From Vezdaea acicularis (taxonomy: Eukaryota): a DNA stretch of 58,104 bases. Made by a program: the position numbers and the translations under genes. Every line of letters starts with the position of its first letter. Positions within the stretch are counted from its first letter, which is position 1. Where the stretch lies: contig JAPEUI010000048.1 of assembly GCA_026025075.1 (NCBI GenBank), forward strand, positions 62,001 to 120,104, given 5' to 3'. The notes beneath the pieces were generated by a model, which did not search any database, was not told the DNA's origin, and was given only the letters and a program-made list of their open reading frames with translations. Shown piece by piece: positions 36,638 through 48,094 of the stretch.

Positions 36638-38322
36638 TCAATCCTTCACCATCCACAACCCCAACTTCCCACTCGCGGTCCCGCCAGCCACCCAATCCAT
36701 CGTCGGATGCCACACCGCAACAGCCGGCACCGCCGTCATGCCCTGCTCGTTCCCTCCTAGTTGGGCCAACTGCTCTCCCTTACCATCGTAGAGATCCACA
36801 TACCGATTCATATTGCCCACCGCAAAGCGCTGCACGCCATCCTGCGGCTGCTCCTGCCACTGCGGTCGCAGGATCGTGACCCACCGGCCGGTCTGGTTAT
36901 TGTGCTTGATGACGCTGATCGGCTCTAGCGGATCGGGCTCAAAGGCTTCGCTTTTGGAGGGAGTGGAGAGGGAAGGGAGCGCGTGGATCTTGATAGTGTC
37001 GTCGTAGGAGGTCGTGGCGATTTGCCCGGCGGCGTTGAAGGCGGCGTGCGAGACGGACAGGCGCGATTCGTGCTCGCCGACGCAGGCGGGGACTTTGTCG
37101 GAGCCGCGGCTGGAGATGTAGCGGAGGTCCCAGAGCTTGAGCGTTCGGTCGAGGGAGGCGGTCGCGATGTAATGGTCTTGCAGCGGGTGGGCGGAGAATC
37201 CGCCGATTTTCTTCTCGGAGAGGGTGTAGAGTGAGGTGGAGGAGGAGCGGGTGTCGTGGGAGCCGAAGAGGCCGTTGAGCGTGCTGAAGTAAAGGAGGTG
37301 TGGGGAGGAGAGGGGAATTTGCACGCCGGAGATGGGTTCTTCTACTGCGTCGTCGATAGGGGTATAGGAGGTGGTGGAGGCGGAGGTTGTCAGGTCGAGG
37401 GCGCGGATAGTGGAGTCATAACTGGAGGTGTAGATTGTGGAAGGAGTCGTCCATATGGAGCTGATCGTGCGGGCGTGTAGGTGGAAGGTAGTGATCTCGG
37501 GCTCAGGGCCATCCTCGTCCTCATCATCACCGTCGTTTGCTGGGGCTTCAGGGTTTTGGGAGGCGTCGAAGATACCGAGATTTCCCATCTTGTCGCCAGC
37601 GAGGACAAGAGGCTTGTCTCGAGTTGGGTGGAAGGCCATAGAGTACTGCAGAAGCATTAGTCAGAGCTATGATTGCTGATATGGTGGGTCCAAATAGGCT
37701 TACTATGCGCTCAGGGGCAATCTTGAGCTCTTGGGATAATGTTAGCTCTTTGCGCTCCTCAAACAGGACCGGGGACCTTACGGTTTGGCTCAAAGCCTTC
37801 ATACAAATTCATTCCATTCATACGCTCCCTCAGCGCTCTGAGTTCCTTGTCCCCAGTCTCCTTCACATCCTTGTCCGTGAAGGTCTTCTCATATCGCGGC
37901 CCCTTTACTACATCTACCAAAAAGTTGTTACTTCGATCCCAGTCTTTGCCATTGACCACGATATCGCCTAGCTGTAGATCCCCATTTATCCTTTGCCTCT
38001 TTGCCCTCTCTGCCTGTTGAATAGCAACATAGTCGTCTTCTGCTTTGCGCTTCGCGACTTCACTATCTGCTTCAATGCCGGCTATACGCGAAGACGTGCG
38101 GCGAGGCGCGATGTCCTCCTTTTTGACCGAGGCTTTCCTCTTATTCGATGCAGAGCTTTTGCTGGGTTTGGGAGCTGCGGGCTTCTTTGACAATCCAAGG
38201 CCAGCACTGGCGGCGTTGAGTTGGAGTTCTTGGAGTAAGGCCTTATTTTTCGCAATATTGGCTTGACGTTGTCGCTCATACTCGTTCAATTCCTCCTCCT
38301 TTTCTTTTTTGACGCGCGCCAT
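36638..38322 (-). CDS. CMR1: DNA damage-binding WD40 protein Cmr1/WDR76
   Basis: LNEYERQRQANIAKNKALL, RRTSSRIAG, IAPERI|YSMAFHP, ATASLDRTLKLWDLR, HESRLSVSHAAFN and HNNQTGRWVT. Introns 37730-37781 and 37646-37703. Confidence 0.95.
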
Positions 38323-38572
38323 TGTGGACAAGGTTCACCTGGGGTCGTATCTGCGCAAATTTCAAGAGAGGCTGCGTTTCTATTCAGACTGTAAGGAATT
38401 TGTTCAAGTCGCGTCATGGAGGGCGTGATTAGATTGGTTCGCGTTCGCGCTAAAAATTTCCGGGATGCTGATGAAATTCTACCAAGCTGTTCATCACCTC
38501 CGTCGCATATATGCATGCTACCGGCTCATGTGCTATCCAAGTCGCTCTACTTGAATTTTAGGAATCTATGTT

Positions 38573-40075
38573 ATGTCTAGGCATGTTCTGACGACGGTAA
38601 ACCATTCAATTGGCACCTTAACCCCTGGACAACAATACCTGCGCCTCCCTTTTCTATATCAGACTCGTACGCTCCACCAGGTCCTCCGCCTTCAACATCA
38701 GGAGCATGGCGACATCGTCGCCAACTCCCTCCATACAAAGGAGGCAGTGTACGAGCCTCTAGGGCGACCCCTTTTGGATCAGCAGTCCCAACTTTCGGAC
38801 ACGGGGCAGACGGAGTACCAGCCTGTGAGGTCTGTGCCTTTAGATCAGCCACGCAGGCGTGCAGAGACTCCTGTGGTTAAGAAATATGTCCCTTGGCGGG
38901 AAAGAAGACGGCGTCCAAAAAGAAATCCCCTCGAGATTCAAGACATCTTCCCCTACGACACCACGGAAACAACTCAGCATGTGGGGCGGCGTCCGGCTTT
39001 TCGACGTGCACTCGATTCGCCAGCTATAAGCTACTATTATGATCCGTCCACAGAAGCAGCAGAAGCGGATGGCTCTCCAATCCGTCCTAAGCGCCTCTCG
39101 AGTCTTACTACGAGCGAAGCAGAGAGCTTCCAGCGCCTTCTCTCATCTATGAATATGCCGTCTCTCTCGTCCTCACAAATCCCCAGCGTCTTCACCGAAT
39201 CCAGCCCAGCCTCCGAAACTACGCAAACTTCATCGGTAGAATCCCTAGATGCGATATTTTCTGAGATAGCTGCGCTTCCGAGATGGGAAATCGACGCGGA
39301 AGCACAGCAAGCAGAAGCTACGCCAAGCAAAAAGAAAAAGGACGAGAACGATATAACTAAGTTAAGGCGCATTGAACGGTCGATGGGCTTTACTGAGAAT
39401 GTTGCTGCGTTGTGGACCATCCTTGAGGAAGAAGTCTTCACTTTGATCGCGCCCCTCCTCTCCGCTCTCAATGCTAAGAAACGTGGAAGGCCTAAGAAAG
39501 GAGAAACGCCTGCTGAGTCTTCCCTCACGCTCCCTAAGAAGGCACTCGCGACAGCCTCTCGCGTCTACCCACCCCTACTCACCCTCGCCCTCCGCCTCTT
39601 CCTCCAGCGCTTCCAGTCGCCACAGCCGGCACTTCTCCTCTACCAGCGCGTGAAAAGCATGGGACCGATCTCGTACGCCCTGGGCGCTAGCACGGACCTC
39701 TACAACCTCCTTCTCTATCTACAATGGCACTTCTACAAAGACTTCCGGGCCATATCCGCCCTACGGGAGGAGATGGAAGACGCCGGCGTCGAGCCCGACT
39801 CGCGCACCGTCCGGCTGCTAGCAGAGATGGTGCGGCGCGGCGACGTGATGGCGCGCGGGATGGAGCGCCGCGGAAAGCTCATACTGGATATGCTTGGTTG
39901 GAAAGAAGGATTGCTGGGTTTGAAGGCCTGGCTGGAGGAGATGAGGGAGTTGGAGAGGTTGAAGGCGAAGGAGCCCAGGGCGTTGGAGAGGAATGTTAAG
40001 GTTAGGGAGAGGAGAAGGAGGGCGGCTGCTAGGGCGGCAAGGAAGGAGAGGGTCTATGATCCGATGCTTCGTTGA
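38573..40075 (+). CDS. Mtf2-like mitochondrial protein
   Basis: Presequence-like LPFLYQTRTL, SSLTTSEAESFQRL, LWTILEEEVF, YPPLLTLALRLF, and VKSMGPISYALGASTDLYNLLL...EMEDAGVEPD, which is typical of fungal Mtf2-family C-termini. Confidence 0.8.
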   Translation: MSRHVLTTVNHSIGTLTPGQQYLRLPFLYQTRTLHQVLRLQHQEHGDIVANSLHTKEAVYEPLGRPLLDQQSQLSDTGQTEYQPVRSVPLDQPRRRAETPVVKKYVPWRERRRRPKRNPLEIQDIFPYDTTETTQHVGRRPAFRRALDSPAISYYYDPSTEAAEADGSPIRPKRLSSLTTSEAESFQRLLSSMNMPSLSSSQIPSVFTESSPASETTQTSSVESLDAIFSEIAALPRWEIDAEAQQAEATPSKKKKDENDITKLRRIERSMGFTENVAALWTILEEEVFTLIAPLLSALNAKKRGRPKKGETPAESSLTLPKKALATASRVYPPLLTLALRLFLQRFQSPQPALLLYQRVKSMGPISYALGASTDLYNLLLYLQWHFYKDFRAISALREEMEDAGVEPDSRTVRLLAEMVRRGDVMARGMERRGKLILDMLGWKEGLLGLKAWLEEMRELERLKAKEPRALERNVKVRERRRRAAARAARKERVYDPMLR

Positions 40076-43000
40076 TAGCCGCTGCTGAAGTCCTGGGCTA
40101 GAATTGCGTCTATTCAAAGCAAGTACGTCCTTATCATCATCCTTGTCATCGCGAGCATGCTGTGTCGATCCAAGCATCGCCTTCATTTGGCCAGATGGCC
40201 CAGCTCTCTGCGTCGAAGCGCTAGAAGTCGTGAGCAAGGGAGCCGGCCTGTTGTCCGAGTTTGGTTTGCCTTTCTCCCAAGATTCCCGGATGGCCACGCC
40301 TAGACTCAGCGCGACGCACCGATCAACGCTGTTGCCAACAACATGCCATTGGTTTGCGGCATACCCAATGAGGACATCAGTATCATTGAAATTTTGGGCG
40401 CGACGAGCCTCCATCACCGTGAGCAGGCGGTGCTCGTCCCAATGGAGGATCGTGCCGGTAAAAGCGCACGACGGCTGAGCTGCTGTAGTAATCGTTGGTA
40501 TCAGACCATTGGGATCGACGCGTCGCCACGATTTTGAGTCCTCTCGGACCTTGAAGCGATTTGTCCAACCAAAGCTCTCCAAGGAATGTTGAGTAAATCG
40601 TCCAGCATTGAAGGCACTCATATAGCTTGAAGAGCGGGGGCACATAGGAATCTGCGATATCATATTGCGATTTATGGCAGACTCAATGCGAGAACACCGA
40701 TGGTCTGGATGCGATATACACGTACGAGGATGGCCATCTCCGATGTAGGGTAGGTCCTTGGTTAACTCTTTAGCTGTGATGAAGTCGAAAGGCGTCACAT
40801 TGTGCTGTCGAGACCCATAGCTGACGCCATTGGTACCCTTACCAATCGAAGAATTTCCCTTCCCTTCAGGGTGCGAATGCGTAAGAGGCGGATGCGGTGG
40901 CAAATCGTATCCTGGAGCGGCTATCGAGATGAAAACCCGTGTCCGACTTTGAGCGCTTCCACAACTCCAAGCGTCGATGTAGAACTGCTGTACTTGATAG
41001 CCCATCCCGACTAGTGAGCAAATCAATTGCGCGAAAACATCTGTCTCTTTGCTCTTTGCACCTTTCTTCGCAATCCCACGTACGTTCTCCATTAGCCCAT
41101 ATTTTGGGCGGTAAAAATCGACAAATGCTGCGACTGAAGCCACCAAAGATATGTTAGCAAGGGATTTGTCACTAGCCTTCCGATTATTCGCAGTAGAAAA
41201 GCCTTGGCAAGGACTACCGGCAGAGATGAAGTCAACCTCGCCGGGTGAAGGAATATAATCGGAGAAGTCGCCCTTCATAGCTCGAGCTAGGAAGTCGTTA
41301 ACGGAACCAAGGAATAGCTTTGTATCCTCTGCCTCCTTCAAATTTGCATGGTAGGTATGCAGGGGTGTCGAGTCGTAATCGACTGCCCATTTATTCCGTA
41401 TCGCGCCGCCGTCTTCAAGTCCTCTTCCAAAATTTCCACCTCCGCAGTACAGGTCCATACCATTAAGATAGGGCCGTTCAGGTGCAGCATCAGGATCAAA
41501 ACCTTGGTTCAGAGAAGTGGGGAATGGTGTCTTTAGCGGTAGCAAACGTTGCACTGGACCATCTCCAACCTCATGCGAAGTGATGAAGAAACAGTTCGCA
41601 GTGCCGTTCTTGTCATAGGGCGAAGGAATCAATTTCGCCTGTCGTTGTGCTTCAGTATAGAATCGGACGTGACATGCGTCGGCAACGTTCTTTGCTGGTA
41701 CGAGGTATAGATTGTTGGTATATACTAGCTCGTTCCTCTTCGCATCATTCGAGTCCTCGTAATCCCTTGCCCGTCTCTTCAGTCTTCGTGCGCGTACGTA
41801 TTCCTCTGCACCCTCTGTAAGGAACTCAACAATCTCAACAGGTTCAAGTCTATCTCGTTCCCCTCTAGCTTTCGTCAGGACCAAGACCGTATCGCCAATC
41901 TTGTACTTCTCCATGACATCTTCAAGATCCGACTTCAGGAGGTTATCACATTTGCACCTGAATGCTGATCCCTTAAGAGTAACGAAAGATGCATTGTCGC
42001 TCTGGTAACTTTGACGGACAAAAAATTCAGCACCTGTAGAGTCGGGTTGGGCGTGAAAAGCTACAGATGGCTTGCAACACACATCGTCGAGGGTAAAAGG
42101 ATCACTCCCACAATTGCAGTTATCGGACATAAAGAGCTCGTTGCTATATGGATAGTGGGCGACCTCACAAGTTGTATCAGATGGCTCGTAGAGCCACAAG
42201 ACTTTGAGTCGGTAACTTCCATCTTTTCGTTCTGCAATACCTTGGACGTAGGCATACCAGATAGTCGTCCTACCCTTCCAACTAGTGCCCTGGTCGCGCG
42301 CCGTCCCAACCACATCGCCGACTTTAACACTAGTAGGTCGAGTCGGTATGATATTTCCGCTTTTGTCGCGAGGCATTCGTGTAGGACTTTGGACGACGGC
42401 GCCCACTAGTTGTTGCCTGGCTGCCTTAGCTCTAGCTTCGAAATCCGGGTCAAAATCTAGCTTGCTTCCGGTAGGTTCGTATATATTGTGGGATACAGGA
42501 AAGTTACTTTCGGTTTTATGATCCGGAGGTCCGCGACCTGCGAGGCTGCCATTCATCCGCGGTTGCTCATCGGCTGTAAGCCCCAATGCATCTTCTTGCC
42601 CATGTCTCGCATGAGCGACATGAGGAGTGGGGATCTTTGCCGACAGAAAATGAGCCCATGGCATATGTTTGAAGCAATCATAGACATATTGCGTTACAAC
42701 TGTCTTCGGTTGTGTGAGCGGTTGCTTTCGGATTGCGTCCAGATACCTCTGAACAATCTCTCTCCATATAGGGTGGTTTGTAATTTCGTTAGAAAAGTTG
42801 GCTTCGTCGATACCATATGCTTCCTTAAGAAGGAAGTCTGGATGGGCGGCGCATACCCTCCGAAAGTCCGTGCAATCGTATTGCGCAAGCCATTCTTGAT
42901 ACGCCACATCATCGCTATGGAGACTGTTTGTAAACTCGAAAAATCTGACTCGGAAATCATGTATTGTTACCCGCTCATTATTTTCAAGGTAATCGATAAA

Positions 43001-43913
43001 GTACTTGGCGAACCCTGCGAGCCACATGAACGCGTCATGGTATCGCGCATATTCGGGAGCAGGTGAGCCGAGTCGGTACCATATATCACAGTGGCTACCT
43101 AAGGAAGACTGAATCCAGACCTGGTTGCTGACTGAGTGATTCTCGATACCATAGTTTCCAATCGAAACGACCTTAAAGGGTATCCTCTGGACGTAGTATT
43201 GGCTTCCGCCACGTCGGAGGATGCCGTCGAAGAAGTGATATGAACTCGCTTGAATCGCAGCCTTGAGGTGGTGCAGAGGGGTGAACTCGTCAGAGTGGTT
43301 CCCATAATGGTCTTTGTAAACACAAAAGTCGACTAGCTCTATGTCCACATCTTCGTCTAATATTAAGTCGTCAATGCTGCCGCTTTCGGATGAGGTCTCG
43401 TCTATGGCTACTTTCTAGAACGTCGATCAGACTTGGATCTCTTGGGCAAAGGGGTCTGGGCTCACTTTGAGTTGAGCTATCACGCTTGCCTCGCTTGTGA
43501 CCTCTAGAGGGGGTTGCCAGCCATCGTATAGCGATTTTGGGTAACACATCTCACCGACTGACATACTAGTGAGCGTCGTGACAGGTTGAGGTAACGCTGA
43601 CGCCAGTGCGTTTTCTACATCTTCGCGGTCTTCGAGAGTCGTAGCGATGTTGCGGCCGTTTGTAACATGTTGATTGTCACCAGTGCTGCCCCCGGCCGTG
43701 GAGGCCGATGCCGAGTGACATATGTTGCGTCTGGCAATGTCCTCTCGTAGACTATGCATGATCGTGTTCGTTGCCTCTCCATCTGTAAGATCAAAGTCGG
43801 GTTAGTTCTCGTGTCATCAAGAAGGCACCATGGAAGAGCTGAAATCCAAGTGGGGAAAGTGCTCCACTATAGGTGGAGGAGAACTACGTACCCAGAAGAA
43901 TATTGGAACTCAT
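39818..43913 (-). CDS. dim-2: DIM-2-type C5-cytosine DNA methyltransferase (two BAH-like domains plus DNMT catalytic domain)
   Basis: Motif I MDLYCGGGNFGRGLE, motif IV SAGSPCQGFS, motif VI LMENVRG, motif VIII QSRTRVF, and motifs IX/X LTVMEARRAQNF / VGNSV. BAH signatures VLWLYEPSDT and ELFMSDNCNC. Introns 43783-43891 and 43415-43465 give an in-frame start MSSNILL at 43913. Confidence 0.93.
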
Positions 43914-43990
43914 ACTGCCACCTCAATTTTATCAAATACCCGCTAAGACTTTAACGATAAGCTAAGTAGCTGGCTTCACCTTATGGGAAT

Positions 43991-44018
43991 GCGCGTCAAC
44001 AAGACGCGTTTGTCGCGA
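43991..44018. promoter_or_regulatory. MCB elements upstream of dim-2
   Basis: GCGCGT at 43991, perfect ACGCGT at 44004-44009, and TCGCGA nearby, about 80-105 nt upstream of the predicted ATG. Confidence 0.5.
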
Positions 44019-44559
44019 TGGAATAAATAAACTATAAACGTATCATAGTCGGAGAAGTTCAAACATTAAAATGGAGATAGAAAGATATGGAGTGTCGAAT
44101 TCAGCGACAGAACTTAACGAGTGACGAGGCGGATTTAAAGCATTATCGCATCTAAAGGCAGTGGAATAAGGTGAAGTCTTGGGGAACAAAGGTGGCGGAT
44201 CACGCTAAAAATCGCTAACTGTCAACGAATGTCCTAATCCGTCCTGAGAAAGTGCCCCGCGCACGTTCCTGATAGGTGCGACCCCACGTCAGCTGGTAGT
44301 CATAACAAAGCATTTTTCAAACCAATCAAACTTGCGCAAAGCGATGATCAAAGTCGTTTGGCACAAAGCAAAATCTTGCCTTCGAATTACGAATGCACCA
44401 GTCACAAACTCTTGCAACCCTCAGATCTGAGGGAGCACACATGAAACGAATAAGTTGTAGAAAGTCCTTGATGCTAACTATCGTACAAATTGATTGATAG
44501 GAATACTTTGAGATTTCCTCATAATTCAACATCCCCTACATGCTTGGGTATCATATTAA

Positions 44560-44883
44560 TTACTTTCCCAATCCTAGCGCATTCTTTGTCTTGTCGACAA
44601 CAGTTTCGCCAGTGCTGCCATGGGCTCCATGGTCTTTGCTGCGCTCGACGTGGTCGAATGCACTTTGTTGACCCGACTTGCTTTCATCTGGAGCCTCACG
44701 GGCTACTCGGTCGGTGGTGTCAGTGGCGGTCTCCTTGACTTTCTCATAGGTTGACTTTGAGGAATCTGGGGTTATCGACTCCTTGGCCTCTGTTGGGATA
44801 GGTTAGTATGAATAGACCGACTAATAAAGGAAGGGGTGGGAAGACGAACTGGTGGAGAAATCCTTTCGTCCTACGTCAGACAT
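44560..44883 (-). CDS. HSP12: Hsp12/Hsp9-family small stress hydrophilin (87 aa), absent from the ORF track
   Basis: Exon 44883-44850 (MSDVGRKDFST), intron 44790-44849 (GTTCGT..ACTAAC..CAG), exon 44789-44560 (KAKESITPDSSKSTYEKVKETATDTTDRVA...DKTKNALGLGK*). Confidence 0.93.
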
Positions 44884-44997
44884 GATGATAGAGTTTATTG
44901 AAGGGGGTGATATGTGTGCTTTGATTTTTGTCTTAAGTTTTTAGATTCAAGGTGTGAATTTGATCGATGATGTTACGGACTACGAAGGAAGAGGTTG

Positions 44998-45070
44998 TTT
45001 ATATAGAGACATTCAACCCCATGATGCCCCTCTCGCCAAGTAGGGTCTCGGACCATGACGTAGGGAGGGG
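44998..45070 (-). promoter_or_regulatory. TATA box and STRE motifs of HSP12
   Basis: TATATAAA on the minus strand at 44998-45005; CCCCT at 45027-45031 and AGGGG at 45066-45070. Confidence 0.5.
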
Positions 45071-46184
45071 CAAGGGCTCTCACGCAATCGCAGCGACCAA
45101 TTCGCCTTGCGCTACTGGACGGACCCATTCCAGGTCGACACCCTGTTGGTCTCTAATAGGAGGCGGCCGTTTGACACCCTTTCAAGCGCTCCCCCACATG
45201 TCAGGTGGTATCCAAAGGCCCCGAGGTCGTGCATTGTGGCTCAGTTTGAAGCCTCGCCGATCCTCTAAACCAGTTTTCTGCACAAGGTCTTTTGAATTTT
45301 CCTCAGCTGGGGCGTAGTGGCTGATGCGGTAATCGATATGTCATTGGGCCGGGATCTTCATGCGGTCTCACAAGGCAGCGTTTTTCACTCCGGCCCATGT
45401 GCAGGGCGCTGGAGTGGATATGACGTAAATAGCGGCTGCTGCACACAAATCCGATTCTAGCCTTCTCTAGGCATTACTCTCAAGCGGAAGGTCCTCGTGA
45501 TGCAGCCAGCATCTACCTCTAATCACATGCTATGTGGTCAATTCTCGGGATTATTGTGGAGAGGTCAAGGTCTGATAGCAAGATTGTATCTCACTGAGAA
45601 TCGTATTGTAATTAAATCTGGGTATTCCTTGAGGGCAATATCATAGAGTCTGCCGAAGAGACATGACGTTTTCCACGTGATTATCCCAGATCTCATTCTA
45701 TCACGTGATATGGTTAGAGTAGCTCCATTTTCAGCAATATCTGTTTCGTTCCTGATCTCGGTCGTAGGAGATTCCACTCTATTAATCGTGAACTAGTCAA
45801 TGACACAAACAAACAGGGTTCTCCACCGGAAGGCACACGTGTACCGTGGGTGTCCATCACGGTGGGGTTCGGATGAGTCCGAAGCAGACTAGCCCGGAAG
45901 GGTTGGTCGTATGAGTCTATCCTAGCTACAAGGTCAACATGGATAACTTCAGTCCGCTACTTTCATTCAAAATATCTTCTTATACCACAGAATGACTGCA
46001 AATCTGTTCAAAGCTTACAGTGCACGCTCCCAGCGGAGACCCTATGCTCATCAATCCACCCAAGCACATGAATCATCGCTTAGACGTCACCATTTTGGGC
46101 GCCATAGACTACCATTGACCGATCCACGGTAGTACAAGATAATACTCTCGGTCAGTAATATAGCAGAGGGCCCTCTTCATTGAA

Positions 46185-47570
46185 ATGGTCTTGCGGCAAG
46201 ACGACAAGCCCGAGATAGATTGGTCGTTCGACGACGCGATCAAGCTTCTGCAATCGGACAAAGCCCTTCCCGAAAGCCCACCTAAACTTGGGGACTTTGA
46301 TTTGATCTGGCAATACCTGAGATCAACGCCCGACCAAAATGTTGCAGGTGTCGAGAATGACGACCCTTTGACAACTTCCGGTGACAATCTCTCTACGCCC
46401 CCAGATAAAAAAATACCTAGCCCTCGGACGAAATCGGTCTTGAAATTTCAAGAGGTCGAAATCATCGGTGATAGCCAGAACGACAGCAGTCGTCTTAGAG
46501 CGTATGATTCTGATGCGTCTCAGCTAGGGAATGTACCTAAATGGAAGAAGTATGTTGATAGAGCGCAGAGGCGTCGCATGCGTGAAGCATCGAAGGGCCA
46601 CACCGACAACGAGGTAGATCTTGGAAAAGATGTGAGGATTTCGAAAACTTTAGGAGAAGAAAGCGGCAAGGGTTCAGCACGGGCACATAGAAGCCCTACT
46701 TTAATGTCCCAGAATTTGCGTTCAAGCGGCTATGGAGGTGCCGACTTATCGTCTCAAGAAATTAGGATTGTCCCTCCGTCAGGCATGACGGCAGTGGACC
46801 AAAAGCTGCGAACTATGCAACTACTTCGTCAGAGGTTCCCCGAAGACGCAAATAGCCTTCTGTCCTACTCCCACTATATACCGAAGAAAGCAATCCAGGA
46901 CATCCATGTCTTTGTCGATCTTTCCAACATCATACACGGCTATCGAGATCACCTCAAGCTCTCCAACGGCTTTCCACTGAGCGCACACGTAGCTGTCCCT
47001 CACCTGGACTTCCACACCCTAACACTCATTCTCGAACGAGGCCGTCGCCGCGCCAAAGGCATCGTCGTCGGCTCCCAGTCAGGCTCGAAAGACGCCTCAC
47101 AGGAAGAGCGCGACGCCGAGGCGTGCAAGTACAAATGCCACATCCTGCACCAAGTCAAAAAGGTGCCGCACATGACCCCACGAAAATTGGGCTTCATCCG
47201 CCAGGAGCAGGAGCTGGAGAAGAAGGAGACCGGCTACACGAGTACGTCCGACGCCGCTACCCGACCGAAATATGTCGAGCAGGGCGTCGACGAGATTCTG
47301 TCTCTCAGCATGAACGAATCGCTACTCGATACCGCCCAGCCCGCCACTCTGGTCTTGGCTAGTGGCGATGCCGCGGAAGGCGAGTATTCGCCGGGTTTCA
47401 TGAAGGTCGTGGAAAGAGCCCTCATGCGGAAGTGGAAGGTCGAGGTGTTGAGCTTCTCGAAGAATCTCAGCTTTGCCTATCGCTCGCCAAAGTTTGTGGC
47501 TAAGTGGGGGAAGCAATTCAAGGTGCTGGAGCTGGATGACTTTGCCGCGTATTTGATGCATGTGTCATGA
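46185..47570 (+). CDS. Fungal NYN/PIN (LabA-like) domain putative ribonuclease
   Basis: IHVFVDLSNIIHG, LILERGR, EQGVDEIL, TLVLASGDAAEGEYSPGF and WKVEVLSF in a 461-aa intronless ORF. Confidence 0.8.
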   Translation: MVLRQDDKPEIDWSFDDAIKLLQSDKALPESPPKLGDFDLIWQYLRSTPDQNVAGVENDDPLTTSGDNLSTPPDKKIPSPRTKSVLKFQEVEIIGDSQNDSSRLRAYDSDASQLGNVPKWKKYVDRAQRRRMREASKGHTDNEVDLGKDVRISKTLGEESGKGSARAHRSPTLMSQNLRSSGYGGADLSSQEIRIVPPSGMTAVDQKLRTMQLLRQRFPEDANSLLSYSHYIPKKAIQDIHVFVDLSNIIHGYRDHLKLSNGFPLSAHVAVPHLDFHTLTLILERGRRRAKGIVVGSQSGSKDASQEERDAEACKYKCHILHQVKKVPHMTPRKLGFIRQEQELEKKETGYTSTSDAATRPKYVEQGVDEILSLSMNESLLDTAQPATLVLASGDAAEGEYSPGFMKVVERALMRKWKVEVLSFSKNLSFAYRSPKFVAKWGKQFKVLELDDFAAYLMHVS

Positions 47571-48094
47571 ATGATACGAGTCTCGAAGGATAGGAGGCTT
47601 TTTTGTACTTGAGTATCGGTTTCGGACAATTCGTTCGTCACGTCGCTACACTTGCTTCCCTGGAAAATCTGTGCTATCTTTCAAGTGCTGCATTTGATCT
47701 AAGGAAAACAAGTAGTGCGGTGTTCTAAGCGTCTTTACGCTCTATTGCGGGTCATGGCATTATTTTATGTTCATCTGCAAGGACACCATGCAAAGCAAGC
47801 CGCGTTAGGATAAACATCTAGATTAACTCGCTGCGTATCAAAAGGGGCATAAAGCTCTATAGAAACCCAGGGTCATAAGCCTTATCCTGCATGTCGTAGT
47901 CATACCCAATATAGTAGTACAAGCGACCGTCACAACAAAAAAAAATCATAACGACACGAAGTGAGTCTACGCCGAAGAACCCAGCCTTTCATCCGGCCCA
48001 TCTCGATAACCCCCGATCCAGGCCCCTAGCAAAGGAATACAAGAAGAATAAGCCCTCAGAACGCCGTTAGGAAGATACAATATTGCACGCCTAA

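Noticed and set aside
45870..45893. CGGATGA-GTC...GAC resembling a hammerhead ribozyme core
   Set aside because: It lacks the invariant CUGAnGA and GAAA; kept only as an unclassified structured element.
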